This document shows, one piece after another, positions 1-14,254 of a stretch of 64,000 nucleotides of DNA. This stretch comes from Octopus sinensis (taxonomy: Eukaryota). Position 1 is the first letter of the stretch. Each line of letters starts with the position of its first letter. Location: NCBI RefSeq assembly GCF_006345805.1, contig NC_043006.1, forward strand, positions 74,276,001-74,340,000. The letters run 5' to 3'. The notes below the pieces were generated by a model. The model was not told the origin of the DNA, made no database searches, and was given only the letters and a program-made list of their open reading frames with translations. The position numbers and the translations under genes are program-made.

Positions 1-241
1 TAGATACAAAGAATAGCAATGGAAGAAAAGAGAAAACCGTGTTTTCTTTATAGTGATATGGGAATATTGAACAGAAGCCTATTGTACAGTTACGCTTGAC
101 TGGCTTTTGGAGTAAGACGGAATGTGATTAACAACTCCATGATCATGTTTTCATATTTACACCGGCCATACGGATTTCAGTTATGTTTCTAGATTATGAA
201 TAAAATTGCTTTCAAATGTTCGTATACAGCCACCATTTTCT

Positions 242-620
242 GGGGAGGATCTACGTCGATTACATCGACTCCAGTGTCCACCTAGTACATATTTTTCATC
301 GACCCTGTAAGAATGAAAGTGGTTGCGGTGGAATTTGAACTCAGAACATAAAGACGAACGAAATGTTGCACAGTATTTTGCCCGACGGGCTAACGATTCT
401 GCGAGGTCCCCGCCTTAAGAATCATTTCTACTATTGGCACATGGCCTGAAATTTGGGGGTAGGGTGGGGTTCAGCCGATTAGATCGACCTCCAGTACGCA
501 ACTGGTCCTTAATTTATCAACCCCATAGAGGATGAATGGCAAAGTCAACCTCGGCTGAATTTGGAATCAGAATATGCTGACAGACGAAATGTCGCTAAGC
601 ATTTTACCCAGCTCACGGCC
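242..620 (-). mobile_element. Two adjacent decayed copies of tRNA-derived SINE family B
   Basis: Both match the family seen intact at 28982-29215 (minus strand GGCGAGCTGGCAGAAACGTTAGCA...GAGTTCAAATTCC B-box...CTTTCATCCTTTCGGGGTCGAT). Confidence 0.75.
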
Positions 621-885
621 TTAAAAATGATGACTAATATTACACGCTATTTCGTCTCCAACAATTGATACACTTGCTAACCACAGATTCACAGATTCAC
701 CTTAGAGACTATGCGTGGAAAGTAAAAAAACTGATAGCTAATGAAACCAAATAAAAATTATCTAAAATTGAAAACTAAAATTAAAGGCTGATAAGGCTTT
801 ATGTGACTTGAGATAACGTAGTCGCAATAATGCACATACACAGTCATACACACGAAACAATACATGCATACAGATATGTATGTGT

Positions 886-1170
886 TGGAGGCACATGGGC
901 TAGTGGTTAGAGCAGCGTACTCGCGGTCGAGGTATCGTGGGTTCGAATCTCAGACCGGTCGATGTGTGTATTTATGAGCGAATCACCTGAGCTCCACGCC
1001 TAATGACAAACTCCAGCTGACTCTTTCGCCACAACTTTCTATCACACTTTCCTCTTGCATCTAGCAGCTCACCTGTGACGGACCGGCGTCCCATCCAGGT
1101 GGGGGACCTATACGCCAAGGAAACCGAGAAACCGGCCCTATGAGCCAGGCTTGGCTCGAGAATAACAAAC
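886..1170 (+). mobile_element. tRNA-derived SINE family C
   Basis: A-box-like TGGGCTAGTGG and B-box GGTTCGAATCTC head followed by a non-tRNA body; head resembles 33833-34175 and 55771-56065. Confidence 0.7.
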
Positions 1171-1627
1171 AAACAAACAATTTATATATGTACGTACGTA
1201 TGTATGTATGTATGAAAATAACGTGTTACACAACGCTACACTAAAATGTGTAATGATACTCAGCCGGTAGTGTTCCCAAACATCAACTCCCTCATCACGA
1301 GTAGGTAGAGTACTGGTAGTAAGTGTACTATGAGAACGAAATTCGTTTTAGAGCGTTTAGAAGTAGAAAAGACAGATAATTAAACGTAGGTGTAAGTAAT
1401 TTTCTCCCATGGAAAGTTGCCTACAAAATTAAATGATGTAAACAAATCTTGATTAATCATTTCAATATATACAGAACTTTCAATTGGAATGCATTTTTCA
1501 TGCCTGCTACTGTTTATCTGCCTTTCCTGTGTATATATATATATAATATATATATATATATAAACATCATACATACACACATACACACACATGTATATAT
1601 ACATGCATGCATACATATATACATACA

Positions 1628-1671
<44 letters not shown>

Positions 1672-2199
1672 AATATATGTACACACACATACATACACAT
1701 GCACATACACATATATATGGAAGTACATAAACGTTTGGAGGTTATGGGTCGCCAAGGGCCAAGTTATTGTTATTGTTAGCCGCTTGCTTCACCGAGGTGT
1801 CAGGTGATACCCACGAGGGTACTTGGCCCTTTCAACGCCTTAGCCTCGCTATCGTCAGAGCCAATGCTGCGAGCTTCTTGGTTTGCTTCAGTAGATTCCG
1901 TCGACCCTTGTGCTGTGCGACTAACTGAGGCACTTGGTGTTTTTGCCATTTTTGTTTCCTTATTCCTCTTTTCCCATTTTTTCCCGCCTTGGGATTTATA
2001 TTATTAACGTAGTGCTGCAATATATATGCATCTTAAGCCAAGAATTTCGCGAGTTGAATGATAAATTGTGCGTATTAGTATTCATGTAGTTTACACGGGA
2101 TGACGCGAGATTTCGAAGTATTAAATGAAAGGCGATCACTTTCATTATTGAGTAATGTTTCAACCTTCTTTTCTGTATTGCATGAAAAGACGCATATAC

Positions 2200-2596
2200 A
2201 CATGAGGTGTGTGGTAAGAAATTTGTCTCCAACTACAAATTCTGAGTTCAATCCCACTTCGTGGCATCTTCGGCAAGTGTTTTCTCAAATTTCCTCGGGT
2301 GGCCCAAGTCGTTGTGAGGGGATTGCATATATGTCTGTTTGTGTATGTGCATGTATATGTGTGTATCATTTTCTCTGTGTTTATCCACCACCACCACCAC
2401 CACCACCACCTCCAATACTTGACAACCGGTGTTAATGTGTTTACCTTCCCGTAACCTAGAGGTTCGGCAAAAGAACGGATAGAATAAGTACGAGGCAAAA
2501 ATAGAGTATTGAGGTCGATTTATTTGAACAAAAATTTCCAAGGCGGTTCCGAAGCATGGCTGCGATCTGAAGGTTGAAACAAATAAATGATAAAAA
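2200..2596 (+). mobile_element. SINE family A (tRNA head, internal microsatellite, CR1-like tail)
   Basis: GTGTGTGGTAAG...GAGTTCAATCCCAC head, TTGACAACCGGTG...GGTTCGGCAAAAG body and GGCGG...CATGGC...GAAACAAATAAA tail shared with about 10 other copies in the window. Confidence 0.75.
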
Positions 2597-3132
2597 ATAC
2601 ACACACATACATAGTATGTGTGTGTATGTGTGTGTGTGTTTACACTGAGTTCAAGTCAGTTAATTCAGAGCCACGCGTCTTAACTACAGACATATCTCAG
2701 AAGCTGTGACACCAAAATGCATTTGCCTATCAAAGCTCAGACTATACTCACAGCTATTTATATGCCATAAACTTTTATAAATTCAAGTCTGTAATTTATA
2801 TAGTATAATAGTAAACAATAGCGTCGTTGTTTGAGGGTTTCCAACAAGTTTGTTAATCGTGGGTGACTGCATTGCATTTGGTGAGAGTGACAAGGGGTTG
2901 CCTGTGTAAGTTGGTCGTATCATATTTCACAAGGCTCTTCGTTTGAATGCACCGGCTTATCGCTTCTGTTTTTGGGCGGTCTTTTCATCTTCTACTTTCA
3001 AAAATTGACCAGATATACACGTAGATACATGCATAAATAAAACTCTATAGATATTATTTGTTTTTGTGCGTGATGCGTATGCATATGTATTTATATGAAT
3101 ATTTATCTGTCTATTTCTCTGTACATATATAT

Positions 3133-3175
<43 letters not shown>

Positions 3176-3829
3176 ATTGTGCATGTGTATATACATTTAA
3201 ATGCGCATATGTGTATATTCATATATAAGCATATGTTTGTGTGTGTGTGTGCGTGTGTGTGTGCATTCCTTCGTCTCTGTAAACGCAAACTTATAAATCA
3301 ATGCTAGAAAGAGCCGCCATATTTTCATAAATATAAAAACATTGAGTATATGCTACTGTGTCATATAAAAGCCTAATACATATCGCATGATATAATATAC
3401 TCAGGCATACCCTTTGTCTGTAAAATACACAGAACAGCGTTTGTTAAAGGGAGAACATTTTAATCTAAGGCCCTGTTTGGTCAAAGCTGACCCCAGATAA
3501 ACAACTGCCATCGCAACCATAGTGCCAATACGCTTAATTTTCTACGTCACCCAAACGCGTATATATTCTACTGGGTTCTAACTTCACCAGTTCAGTAAGT
3601 ATCGTGTAGTCTATTTTTCTTTGGGGAAATTCAATTAAAGTGAAATATATCGGAATTGTCTTACTTGTAGGCATAAATATAAACGATTGAGCTAATATCG
3701 CCTTTTCATCACCATATATTTTGTGAAAAAAAAAAAAAGATTCATGGCACATGATACGTTATATGGTAATAGTAACTTGGCAATTGGTCTTCATTGATAT
3801 ACTTGTGCATCTCACTACACTACTATTTG

Positions 3830-4460
3830 AATCATCATCATCATCGTCGTCATCGTCCTCGTAGTTGTTTTCATCTTCGTCGTTGTCATTGTCGTCATGA
3901 ATACTATTTGAATCATCATCATCATCTTTATCATCATCATCTTTATCTTCATTATCATCGTCATCATCATCATCTTTATAATCATCATCGTCGTCGTCGT
4001 CATCATCATCATCGTCATCATCGTCATGATCATCATCTTCATCATCGTCATGATCATCATCTTCATTATCATCATGATGATGATCATCATCATCATCTCC
4101 ATCCCCATCATCATTATCATCCTCCTCCTCCTCCTCCTCCTCAACATCATCATCATCATCATCTTCATTATCAATTTCGTTATCACCACCAACGCCGCTA
4201 TAACTATCTTCATCAACGTAAACGACAACAAACTCCACCGCTACAAACATCGCATTCACCATCTATATAATCGTCATCATTAACAACATCGTTTTCGTCA
4301 ACGTCCATCATTATCATCATCATCATCATGAAAGCAACCATCATCACTATCTTTATATTCAAGATCATCATCATCATCATTCCTCATTTTCTGTCGTCGT
4401 CGTCATCAGCATCATCAGTCATCATCGTCGTCATTATCATCATCGTCGTTATCATCGATG
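3830..4460. repeat. Mixed trinucleotide low-complexity array (CAT/CGT/CCT)n
   Basis: Visible trinucleotide runs; gives poly-D/H/M/I ORFs in several frames. Confidence 0.95.
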
Positions 4461-7400
4461 CAAGCGATAATAACCGAAAAGATTGTGTCCCTAAGGATAT
4501 CGATTTGTTAACGTTTTCTGGATATTGCATTCCCCGTATATAACTGGTTCATATAATATGAACAATAGAAAGATTACAAGCTAGGGACTTCAACCCAGAT
4601 TCAGCTAACCATATGAGGTCGAGGGTCATCCTGCAACACGGTGGAAGATATAGTTTAACCCCAGTTCAGTCCTGTGTGAGCAGACCTGAAAATCAAAGCA
4701 TTCCTGTTATGTTCATCCATTCCATTTCTCTTAAGGTGTGTATGTCTAAGACTGCACAAACATGTCATTTCCTTCTTTCAGATGGCAGGGTGTGTGACCT
4801 GAAGATTTGGGTGATATTTCTAGCAGGGTGAGCGACCAGGAAGCAGCAGGGCAGCGCATTCGAAGTTCCTCGGATACTGTCAGAATTGTTATTGTTGTTG
4901 TTGATGCTGATGATGATGTTTAACACCAGATTAGCACTAATCAAGTAGGTGCATAATTGAAGTTAATCCAATTATGACCATCATTTCTGTTACCTATCTA
5001 CAAGATAATCTACGACCATATTATCGAAAGCAGCCCTTTCTAAGACGTTAGAATGTTTGAGCTGAGAGATATTTGGGTAATATGTCTAACAGGTTTAGTG
5101 ACCACATAGAAGCATATTCGTTCGTCGCTCGTTGTTCTGCTTTGATTGCCCTAGATCGTTCCTGATCAATTACGTATGTAATAAAAGGAATTCAAATTGT
5201 GGCCATTCTGCCTTTTCCAAATGGGAAGATATCCCCAGGCCCTTATAAGCTAAACTATCTCAGTTTTTAAGACAACGAGCGTATGCATCGAGTAAAAATA
5301 TTTGACGTCTATGTCTAGCGTGTTTTGTAACTACATAGAATCATGTTCGTCTGCTGGGAATTACTGTTAATCTCGTCTTTTTCCAATGTGAAGAGAATCC
5401 TGGCTTTCGTTTCTATATGTATCCTTTATAAATCTAGAGCATGTAAGCTATGAAATAGTTAGCTGCTATGTCTAGCAGGATTAGTAACCATATAGAAATA
5501 TGTTTGCATGCTGCAAGTTTTTGACTGGTTGTTTTAACCCTAAGCCAGCCCTGATGAAGCTGGTTTGTGATTAAAGGAATTGAAGCTGTGACCATCCCGT
5601 TTTCTGTCAATGTGAAGAGAACCCAGTTCTAAATAATGTCATTTTCGAAGACTGTGCTCTGTGTGAGCTGGGGGAAATGTGACTCTTGTTTGTAGCAGTT
5701 CACACGTCTATGTAAGAGCTAGTTGCTGGAATTCGTCTCACTTGTAGAATTCATTCAGCTCGGTTCTTTACCATTTATTTCATTCCACTGCTTGACACAA
5801 ATAAAATTGACACCAAAATTAATAGCAATGTCGAAATAATAATCATCTTAAAATATTATCATGAGAAATATGAATAATAAACGAAAACAGAAAACAAAAA
5901 CCGAAATTAAACAAATATAACATTGAAATCATCAGAGAAAACAATCAGAATAAGAGTGACAGCAGTTGTGGAGATGGTAGCGGTGGCGTTATGACTATCT
6001 TAATAGTGGTCGCTTAATTAACAGCAACTGCGACGACGAACAGACATATAATTGTGCCAACTGCAGCGACGAACACACATATAATTATGCCAAAGCAAGT
6101 AATTATATTCGCAGTTGGGTTTGCTTCAGAGTTCAGTCATGCTGACTAATGTTTGCTTTAATAATAAAGACATTGTCATCTATAATATTAATTTGCTTGT
6201 CAAGATAGGTGTTCTTCAGTTACGCTTTTGACAACCTTAACTATCGATGGAAATGGAAGTTAAAATTGAAATCTTTAACACAATGACACACTTTCGTACT
6301 TTGTGCTTTAAACAACCTTGGCTGTGGAACAAATGGAAGGAATTATCGAAATCAGACTAGTTCGAGTGTCAAATTTGAGTTTCGGGGTCGATGAAGTGAG
6401 CAGCAGTTAAGAACGGGGTCGTTGTATTTGACTAAACGTCTTTCCCCAAATTGGTGGCCTCATGTCTAATGTAGAAACGATTATTGTGGTGGTATTCTTG
6501 TAGTAGTTGTTGTTATTTAGTCTCAGTTCAATCTTGAATAAGAAAATCTATGTTCAAAGTGTTAGAGCATAATTTATGTGAGGTTTAGCTACTATTTCTC
6601 GCCGGTTGAATGCGCACATTAAAACAGGTGTTTGGATCGTATTATGCTGTTGTCTAATGATTTCGACATTAATCATGCAAAAGTTATTTAGGAAATTAAA
6701 TTAATTATAATTAATTAATGATTTTAAAATCTAAGCTTATAATTATGGGGAGAAATCCAAGTAACAATCGACGTGGTGCGCCTTAAACAAACCAAGCTAT
6801 AAGACAATCGAAGTGTTACGTGGCGAACAAAACTTATTATGGAATGAAACCAAACCCAAATGGATGAATCGCGCTTGTAAAAAAACTTAACTATGGAATG
6901 ACATCCAAGACATAATCTAACGCTTTAAGATAATAAAGGAACGTTATGAACATCTATAAACTTACGCATCAAAATACAGTGAAACTTCCAAAATCTCAAC
7001 TTGTAATGTATATTATTGTAATGCTTTGCGTCTTATAGCAAAAACGACTGTAAACTACTTTTATTACATATCTGATTGATCAGGACCTAGGGCCATCAAA
7101 GCAAAACAACTAGCGACGAACGAACATGCTTCTACGTGGTCACTAAACCTGTTAGACATATCACCCAAATATCTCTCAGCTCAAACAAACCAAAAAATTG
7201 GCTGAATCGTTAGAGCAACGAGGTGAATCTCTTATGGGATTTAGTTACCTCTATGTTTTCAGTTCAAACACCGTCGATGTTGACGATCTCGATAAATAAG
7301 TATTAGTCAAATTCTTTCGATATAATCGATAATCCACTCTGACAAAATTTGGCCCGTTGCAAACATAAGATACCTTAAAATCAACGGTAATTTTACCCAA

Positions 7401-7526
7401 AACGTTTACTATTGTGTTTATGATAGAAACTGGGGAAATTGATAAATGACTCTTGCATATTCACAAGCTCTCTTGTGGAAAGAAATGCGGGGTTCGACTA
7501 AGAATACAGTATATAAAATAGAATCA

Positions 7527-7561
<35 letters not shown>

Positions 7562-7884
7562 TGTGTGATTACTCCCCCTTCTCTTGAATTATAACAATCA
7601 CTAATTACCTTTTCTTAGAGTTTTCTACAAGCTTGTTCATTTACAAACGAACTCTTATACAAGCAACATTGACTAAAAAGTCCTTAAGATAATACGAAAT
7701 TGCAATATTTTCACCAACTTTCCAGTCATGCTTAGTGTAACACGAAACCCACTATGATAATATTCTACCTTTTAAAATATATTTAAAATATATAGTGTGC
7801 ATTTTCCTTCTATTGTTATATATTTTTTCTCACTGCTTGGGGAACTCTCTTCAATGAATGTTTTTACCATATACATACATATAT

Positions 7885-7916
<32 letters not shown>

Positions 7917-7918
7917 AT

Positions 7919-7950
<32 letters not shown>

Positions 7951-8366
7951 CTTGTTCCAATGTCAGAAGATTATTTGTTAAGATACTTCCGGATGAGAAT
8001 TTTTGTATTTTACTAATTTGTTTATGCATGGCAATACTGCTAACTTGGTATCAGAACTAAGTATACATATACTTCAGAAGGAATCGTCATTTGACCCTAG
8101 AGCAGTAATAAGAAATTAAATTACAAGGGAATAAGAGACTATGTTATGGATATCATTAACTTTCAGCTGTTTCTGGTATAGCATGTAATGCACTTATGGT
8201 TGGTTTGCACCTTATAGCAAAAACGGCTGTAAATTCGCGAACTTCACGATATAATTTCTTATTCTCTTCTCATTTATTTAATTTCTTATTGCTGCTCAGT
8301 CAGTACTCGACTGGCGGTTTGTTCTGATGCTCTGATACATACATATATATATATATTATATATATA

Positions 8367-8414
<48 letters not shown>

Positions 8415-8436
8415 TTATATACATATATATACATAC

Positions 8437-8472
<36 letters not shown>

Positions 8473-8557
8473 ATGTATGTATGTATATATGTATGTATGT
8501 ATGTATATATATACATACATATATACATACATATATATATGTATATATATATGTATG

Positions 8558-8588
<31 letters not shown>

Positions 8589-9689
8589 GTGTATGTATAT
8601 ATGTATGTATGTATGTATATATATACATACATATATAACGGTCAAAGGCGTTCTAGTCATCTTTTTTTTTTTAGCCGTGGAACTAAAACTACAGTACCTA
8701 CTGTGTTAATTCTTTAATTCTTCAAATTGTTTCAGCTTTAATCTGTGCTCATGCTGTTGGTCGTACGCCCAGATCAAAACACCTGTGTTTGTTCCTAGTA
8801 ATATGTTGTTGTCTGTTTAATCTTGGCATTAATCATACAAAAAATATTTAAAAAATTAAATTTATTCTAAATAATTAATGATTTTAATATCTAAACTTTG
8901 AAGTTCATAAGAAATGTGCGTATATCTCATGCGGTCTGATTAATTTGTTTACGATGTTGAATTTAGCTCTGGGACATAGTATGATAGGAAGAAAAGTTAA
9001 CAAAGTAAAAGAAGAAAACACTATAACAAATCCTTGTAACATGTTCGCTTCCTTTGAACATTTAAAGCGCTATGCAACCAATTACAGGTTGCGTATTTGT
9101 AGCATCTTTAGAGATATATTTTACTCAGTTATTTTAATGTTCTGGTTTCAAGTCCCGACCAGGTTAACTCTGCCTTTCATCTTTGTAGGTTTCCTAAAAT
9201 AAAAGAAGGTTCCAAATTAGAACAGTGGGTTAAAATCGTTATAGAGTTGGAGAAAATGCCTTGCGACTTTTGATACAATCAATTATATTCTAAGATCAAA
9301 TCCCTGGCCCTAATTTCAGGCCTTGTGCCTATAGTAGAAAGGATATTGTTCCGATTCTTTATATATTCTCAATGTCCAGACAAGGAAAGCATGGGGAATT
9401 CAACCTTATATTCTCTAAGAAATGTTCCATGGTAACTCATAGTGTTTACCAAGTAAGATCCCTAGAGCTCATTAGACGGATTGATGGCGAGTAAAAAAGA
9501 TACCTAATCAAATATGAACTACCTTCACTGCCATTTTATCAATCCCAGAAATATGAAACACAAAGATGACGTCGGTCCGATTTGAATTCCAGAAGTCCGA
9601 AAGTAAAAGAACGCGATGAAAAACTGCACAATAGCTACTGAAGTATTCTAACGATTCTATCTTTGACAAATATCGCTGTAGAAACCAAA

Positions 9690-9937
9690 ATAAATAAATG
9701 CGCCCTTTTAAAGCCTAGCCAGGCTCATGGGCCCGATTTCCCGGTTTCAATGTGTTCCCCAGTTGGACGGGGCGCCAGTCCATCGCAGCGTCACTCATTT
9801 TTGCCAGCTGAGTGGACTGGAGCAACGTGAAATAAAGTGTTTTGATCAAGAATACAACGCGTTGCCCGGTCCAGGAATCGAAGCCACAATCTTACGATCA
9901 AGATGCTGACACCATAACCACTGAGCCATGCGCTTCC
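9690..9937 (-). mobile_element. SINE family C
   Basis: Minus strand GGAAGCGCATGGCTCAGTGGTT head with B-box GCTTCGATTCC and body TTTATTTCACGTTGCTCCAGTCCACTCAGCTG. Confidence 0.8.
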
Positions 9938-10169
9938 ACTGTAGAAGCCATAATAACATCTAATTATTTTTCTTCTCGAGAGTTCAACATCTGATATACA
10001 AACACCGACTTCTCATATGCCTGGTCTTGGGCATTTTAAAACTAGAGGAACCAATAATTATCCAGATCTGAGAGGAACCAATTTCTTCGAGAGAAGGAAG
10101 GAAACAGAGAGAGAAAAAGGGAGAAGGCAAAGAGGAAAGAGAATGAGTGAGTCTTAAGCTTAGGATTGT

Positions 10170-10537
10170 GTCGAGACAAGCGGATTAAGTCAATTATATC
10201 GACTCCAGTGCGTAACTGATACTTATTTAATTGATCCCGAAAGGATGAAAGGTAAACTCGACCTCGGTGGAATTTGAACTCAGAACGTAACGGCAGACGA
10301 AATACCTATTTCTTTACTACCCACAAGGGGCTAAACACAGAGGGGACAAACAAGGACAGACAAAGGGATTAAGTCGATTACATCGATCCCAGTGCGTAAC
10401 TGGTCCCTATTTAATCGACCCCGAAAGGATGAAAGGCAAAGTCGACCTCGGCGGAATTTGAACTCAGAACCTAACGGCAGACGAAATAGCGCTAAGCATT
10501 TCGCCCGGCGTGCTAACGTTTGTGCCAGCTCGCCACC
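10170..10537 (-). mobile_element. SINE family B, full unit plus head-to-tail partial second unit
   Basis: 10305-10537 is complete; 10170-10304 repeats the body starting from the GTATTTCGTCTGCC segment. Confidence 0.8.
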
Positions 10538-11567
10538 TTATTTGAAGATCAATATTACAATGAAGTCTCACAGAACTATAGCAAAATTTCTAGAATATTT
10601 CGTTTCATTTAGCAATTATTTTAGTCAATACTTTAGTGCTGCCCTATAGAAGACGAACTACTAGACCAGCTGTTTTCCAAAATAGACCAGCAGACCTTTG
10701 AAATGTCTAGATAAGTATTTAAATATATTCAGTGACATTTCATATGAGTTTGTTTCTAATTTCTCAGATAGTTGCCAATAAATTACCATCGAATATATAC
10801 GTGAAGAAATGACATGCGTATCATTTACGTCATTCAAGAATATTGATCTTTTCATCACTTCTGATTCATATGAATATCTGTTCTCAAAGTCATTAAAAAC
10901 GGAAAAGGTGAACTGATTCAGTGAAACTACGATATTCAGTTCAGAATATATTAATGTCTTTCTGATATTATCAAGGGTTACGGTTTATATTAATGCCTGG
11001 ATTTGCGAGTACTCGAAGATTAAAATGATGAATGATGATTTCATATGATTCTTGTCCGAAAGGAATGGGTTGTGTAATGTGTTCAATTCCAAACCAGAAT
11101 TAACATATCGGGAAAAGTTAACTAATATAGCAGCATATAAACACTTGAATCAATCAAATCAAAGATTCTGCTTCATACCCCTCCATATTTGAAATGTGTG
11201 GCCTCGTGTCTATATCTGTAATAATACTTAATTTAGTAAGGGAGACGGATAACAGATTCGATTAAGAGAGGAACAGACGATTTTGTGGTATTTAGTTTTA
11301 CATTCCTTTGCATTCTGCTGCTTTCGTTCGTGAATTTCTTATCCAGCGATCCCTAAAATAATTACAAGGAAGTATTGGAGCGGGCAAAATCAGTTACGCC
11401 CCGCCTATGAGTCATGCTATTATTATCATCACCATGTCACGTTTCAACCAGGTCAACTTTACCTTTCATCCTTTCGGGGTTCATAAATTACTTCTTGAGC
11501 AATGGAGACGTTGTTATCGATTTACATCCCACTTGCTTACCTTGTGCCAGAATTTGAAACCACCACC

Positions 11568-11601
<34 letters not shown>

Positions 11602-11751
11602 TTTCTTGTAAGGCGATGAGCTGGCTGAATCGTTAACACTCCAAGCAAAATGCGTAGCATTTCCGCCGTCTTGACTTATTGAGTTCAAATTCAGCTGAGA
11701 CAACGTGTACTACTACTACTACTACTACTACTACTGCTACTACTACTACTA

Positions 11752-11790
<39 letters not shown>

Positions 11791-12583
11791 AAAATAACAA
11801 TAATAATTATAATAATCTACATTATAAAGAAGACAAAGCTGCTTATTAATTAGATATGTAACAGTTACTAGAAGAAACCAATTATGAAAGCTTCACTGTC
11901 TGGAAATAATTTCCTGTTCCAATAAATTTCCTGTAATTTTGATTTCTGAAGTTTATTGAATATTTGAAGTAAACGTTTTTCACAAATTTAAATATTCATT
12001 TCATCCACTGCATAGTAGATTTTAATGCTTAATAAACAATATTCGTTGCGGGCGAAATTTTCCGTTTTCATTTGCAACAATCTCTCTCTCATTCTCACTT
12101 CTATTTTCATTAATGATGATTTAATACATTAATGAATATTTTTGATAAAATGAAAACTTTTTGATATAACGGTATAATTTTTAAAAAATTTCAAGAGGGA
12201 TTTTGTTGGTTTAGCTGTTTGGAATGTTATAAGCCTTACAGTAATAACTGTGATCACGCTAAACGTAGTTGAGTTACCTTGAGGTTTATTTAAATTAGAA
12301 ATATATTACAACTACAATAAATTACTGAAGGAAATATTTACTAAGCAAATGGGATTTTTCATAAATTGAAGTTTTTAGGAAAATTTACTCTCCGAACTTC
12401 CTTTTATTGTTAAATATTTCAAGTTAACAAATATAAATATTCGGTACAACATAGTTTTTAACGAGTTTTCATTTATACTATTTTATCATTTCATATTTAT
12501 TTCATTCATTGTTTGCAATGCTTTCTCTCCCCACCTTTGTCTCTCTAAATCTCTCTCTGTCTCTCTTTCACACACACAGACAT

Positions 12584-12646
<63 letters not shown>

Positions 12647-12659
12647 GTATCTCTAACAT

Positions 12660-13168
12660 AAGCACTCATACTGTTTCTGTAATATAAACTTATTGGAAGT
12701 GTTATCATGCACATTGTTTTGTCTTGCTATAAAAGATGGGCTACAGCAAATATTCTGCTCAATACCACACATTTGCTTGTCAGTTATTTGAGCTTAACCA
12801 GTTGAGCATGTCCCTTAGTGGCTGACGATATGTGCATCTCTGATCACGAGCAGAAATAGTGGGGGAGCATCATAGCCATGTGTTGAGAGGAATTCTTTGG
12901 GATTTGAATAATTCACCTCTGGAAATACGGGTGTTTCCTTCAACATCCTTAAACAACCCTGGTAACAAGACCTGAAGAAAATTCTAACTGGGCCCCACTT
13001 GCAAGGTCATGTGCTGTTTATCTTGATATGAGATCACCATGTCGTGCACATATTGTTGTGATGCATGTGCCCAGTGTACCCTTATCAGACGGGTAGTCAT
13101 GATGGGTATACTGGGCTTCGTATATTTTATCCCAGTGTCACTTTGATGGCATGCACTGTTCTCTCATT
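12660..13168. repeat. Unclassified interspersed-repeat-like segment ending in (AAT)n
   Basis: Higher-complexity, moderately GC-richer block bounded by (CA)n and (AAT)n, directly upstream of the R4/Dong-like fragment; family assignment not possible here. Confidence 0.4.
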
Positions 13169-13213
13169 CAATAATAATAATAATAATAAATAATAATAAC
13201 AATAACAATAATA

Positions 13214-13242
<29 letters not shown>

Positions 13243-13246
<4 letters not shown>

Positions 13247-14188
13247 CCCCTCAGTTTAGTATTTAGAAAGGCAAAGGCAGCGTATCAGTTCAGAAAGAGG
13301 AAGGGAAATATTAACTATTTACTCTACATGAATGATGTGAAACTTTTTAGTAAGAATGATAAAGAGATTAGATACCTTAATACAGACAATAAGACTCTTC
13401 AGCAAATTATAGGCATGGAATTTGCCATAGATAACTGTGCAATATTAGCTATGAGAAGGGGACATATAGCCAACAGCGAAGGTATCCCATTACAAGATGG
13501 CCAGACGTTGAAATCAGTAAAAAGTGGAGATTTGTAAGCATCTAGGAGTATTAGAATCTGACAGAGTACTAAATATAGAAATGAAAACGAAAATTGAGAA
13601 GAAGTACATCCGAAGTGTGAGGAAGCTAATGAAGTCAAAGGTAAATGGTTCAAATCTAGTGAAGGCTGTAAATATTTTGGCAGTATCATTACTAAGATAC
13701 TCATCAGTTTTGTAGATTGGACAAAAACTGAATTAATAAAACTAGACAGAAGAGCTAGGAATGAATTCAATATGAATGAAGGACTTCACCCAAGGGCAGG
13801 TGAAGCAAGATTATACCTACCTAGAAAGGAAGGCGGAAGAGGATTAATATCAGTAGAAGACTGCGTAGAGATAGCTAGAGTAGATATAGACTCCTATGTA
13901 GGAAATAGAGGTAACTCGAATGTGGAATCTAAAAACAGAAACAATTCCTATAATAGTAGGCGCATTAGGCATGACAAAAAATTATTCAGACAAATACATA
14001 ACAAAAACACCAGGACTTACAAATACATATAACACAGAAAATTGCACTACTAGGCACTGCACACATCCTACGCAGAACACTTTCAATACAGTAACCATCA
14101 GAGCATCACAACAAATCACAGCCCATACCCAAGGCACACAGAGGTGCGCTCGGTAGTGAAGTGAAAGCACGCTATAAAAATAAAACTA

Positions 14189-14192
<4 letters not shown>
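13243..14192 (+). mobile_element. R4/Dong-like non-LTR retrotransposon fragment (RT C-terminus joined to extreme 3' end), frameshifted
   Basis: INYLLYMNDVKLF (decayed YxDD), GMEFAIDNCA, KHLGVLE, LHPRAGEARLYLPRKEGGRGL, then WNLKTETIPIIVGALG; (TAA)n/(TAAA)n tail at 14192-14252. Confidence 0.75.

Positions 14193-14254
<62 letters not shown>

Noticed and set aside
886-960. tRNA-like sequences (also 24781-24852, 31822-31895, 34100-34175, 55771-55845)
   Set aside because: No closing acceptor stem or terminator; each continues into a SINE body, so they are SINE heads, not tRNA genes.
3759-4283. Poly-Asp/His/Met ORFs (also 56870-57157, 58944-59343, 62767-63129)
   Set aside because: Open in several frames and both strands because of trinucleotide repeats; no splice or homology support.
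5053-7192. Inverted pair 5053-5170 / 7075-7192 as TIRs of a 2-kb transposon
   Set aside because: Related sequence recurs nearby (about 5430-5600), there is no TSD or internal transposase, so two dispersed repeat copies in opposite orientation suffice.
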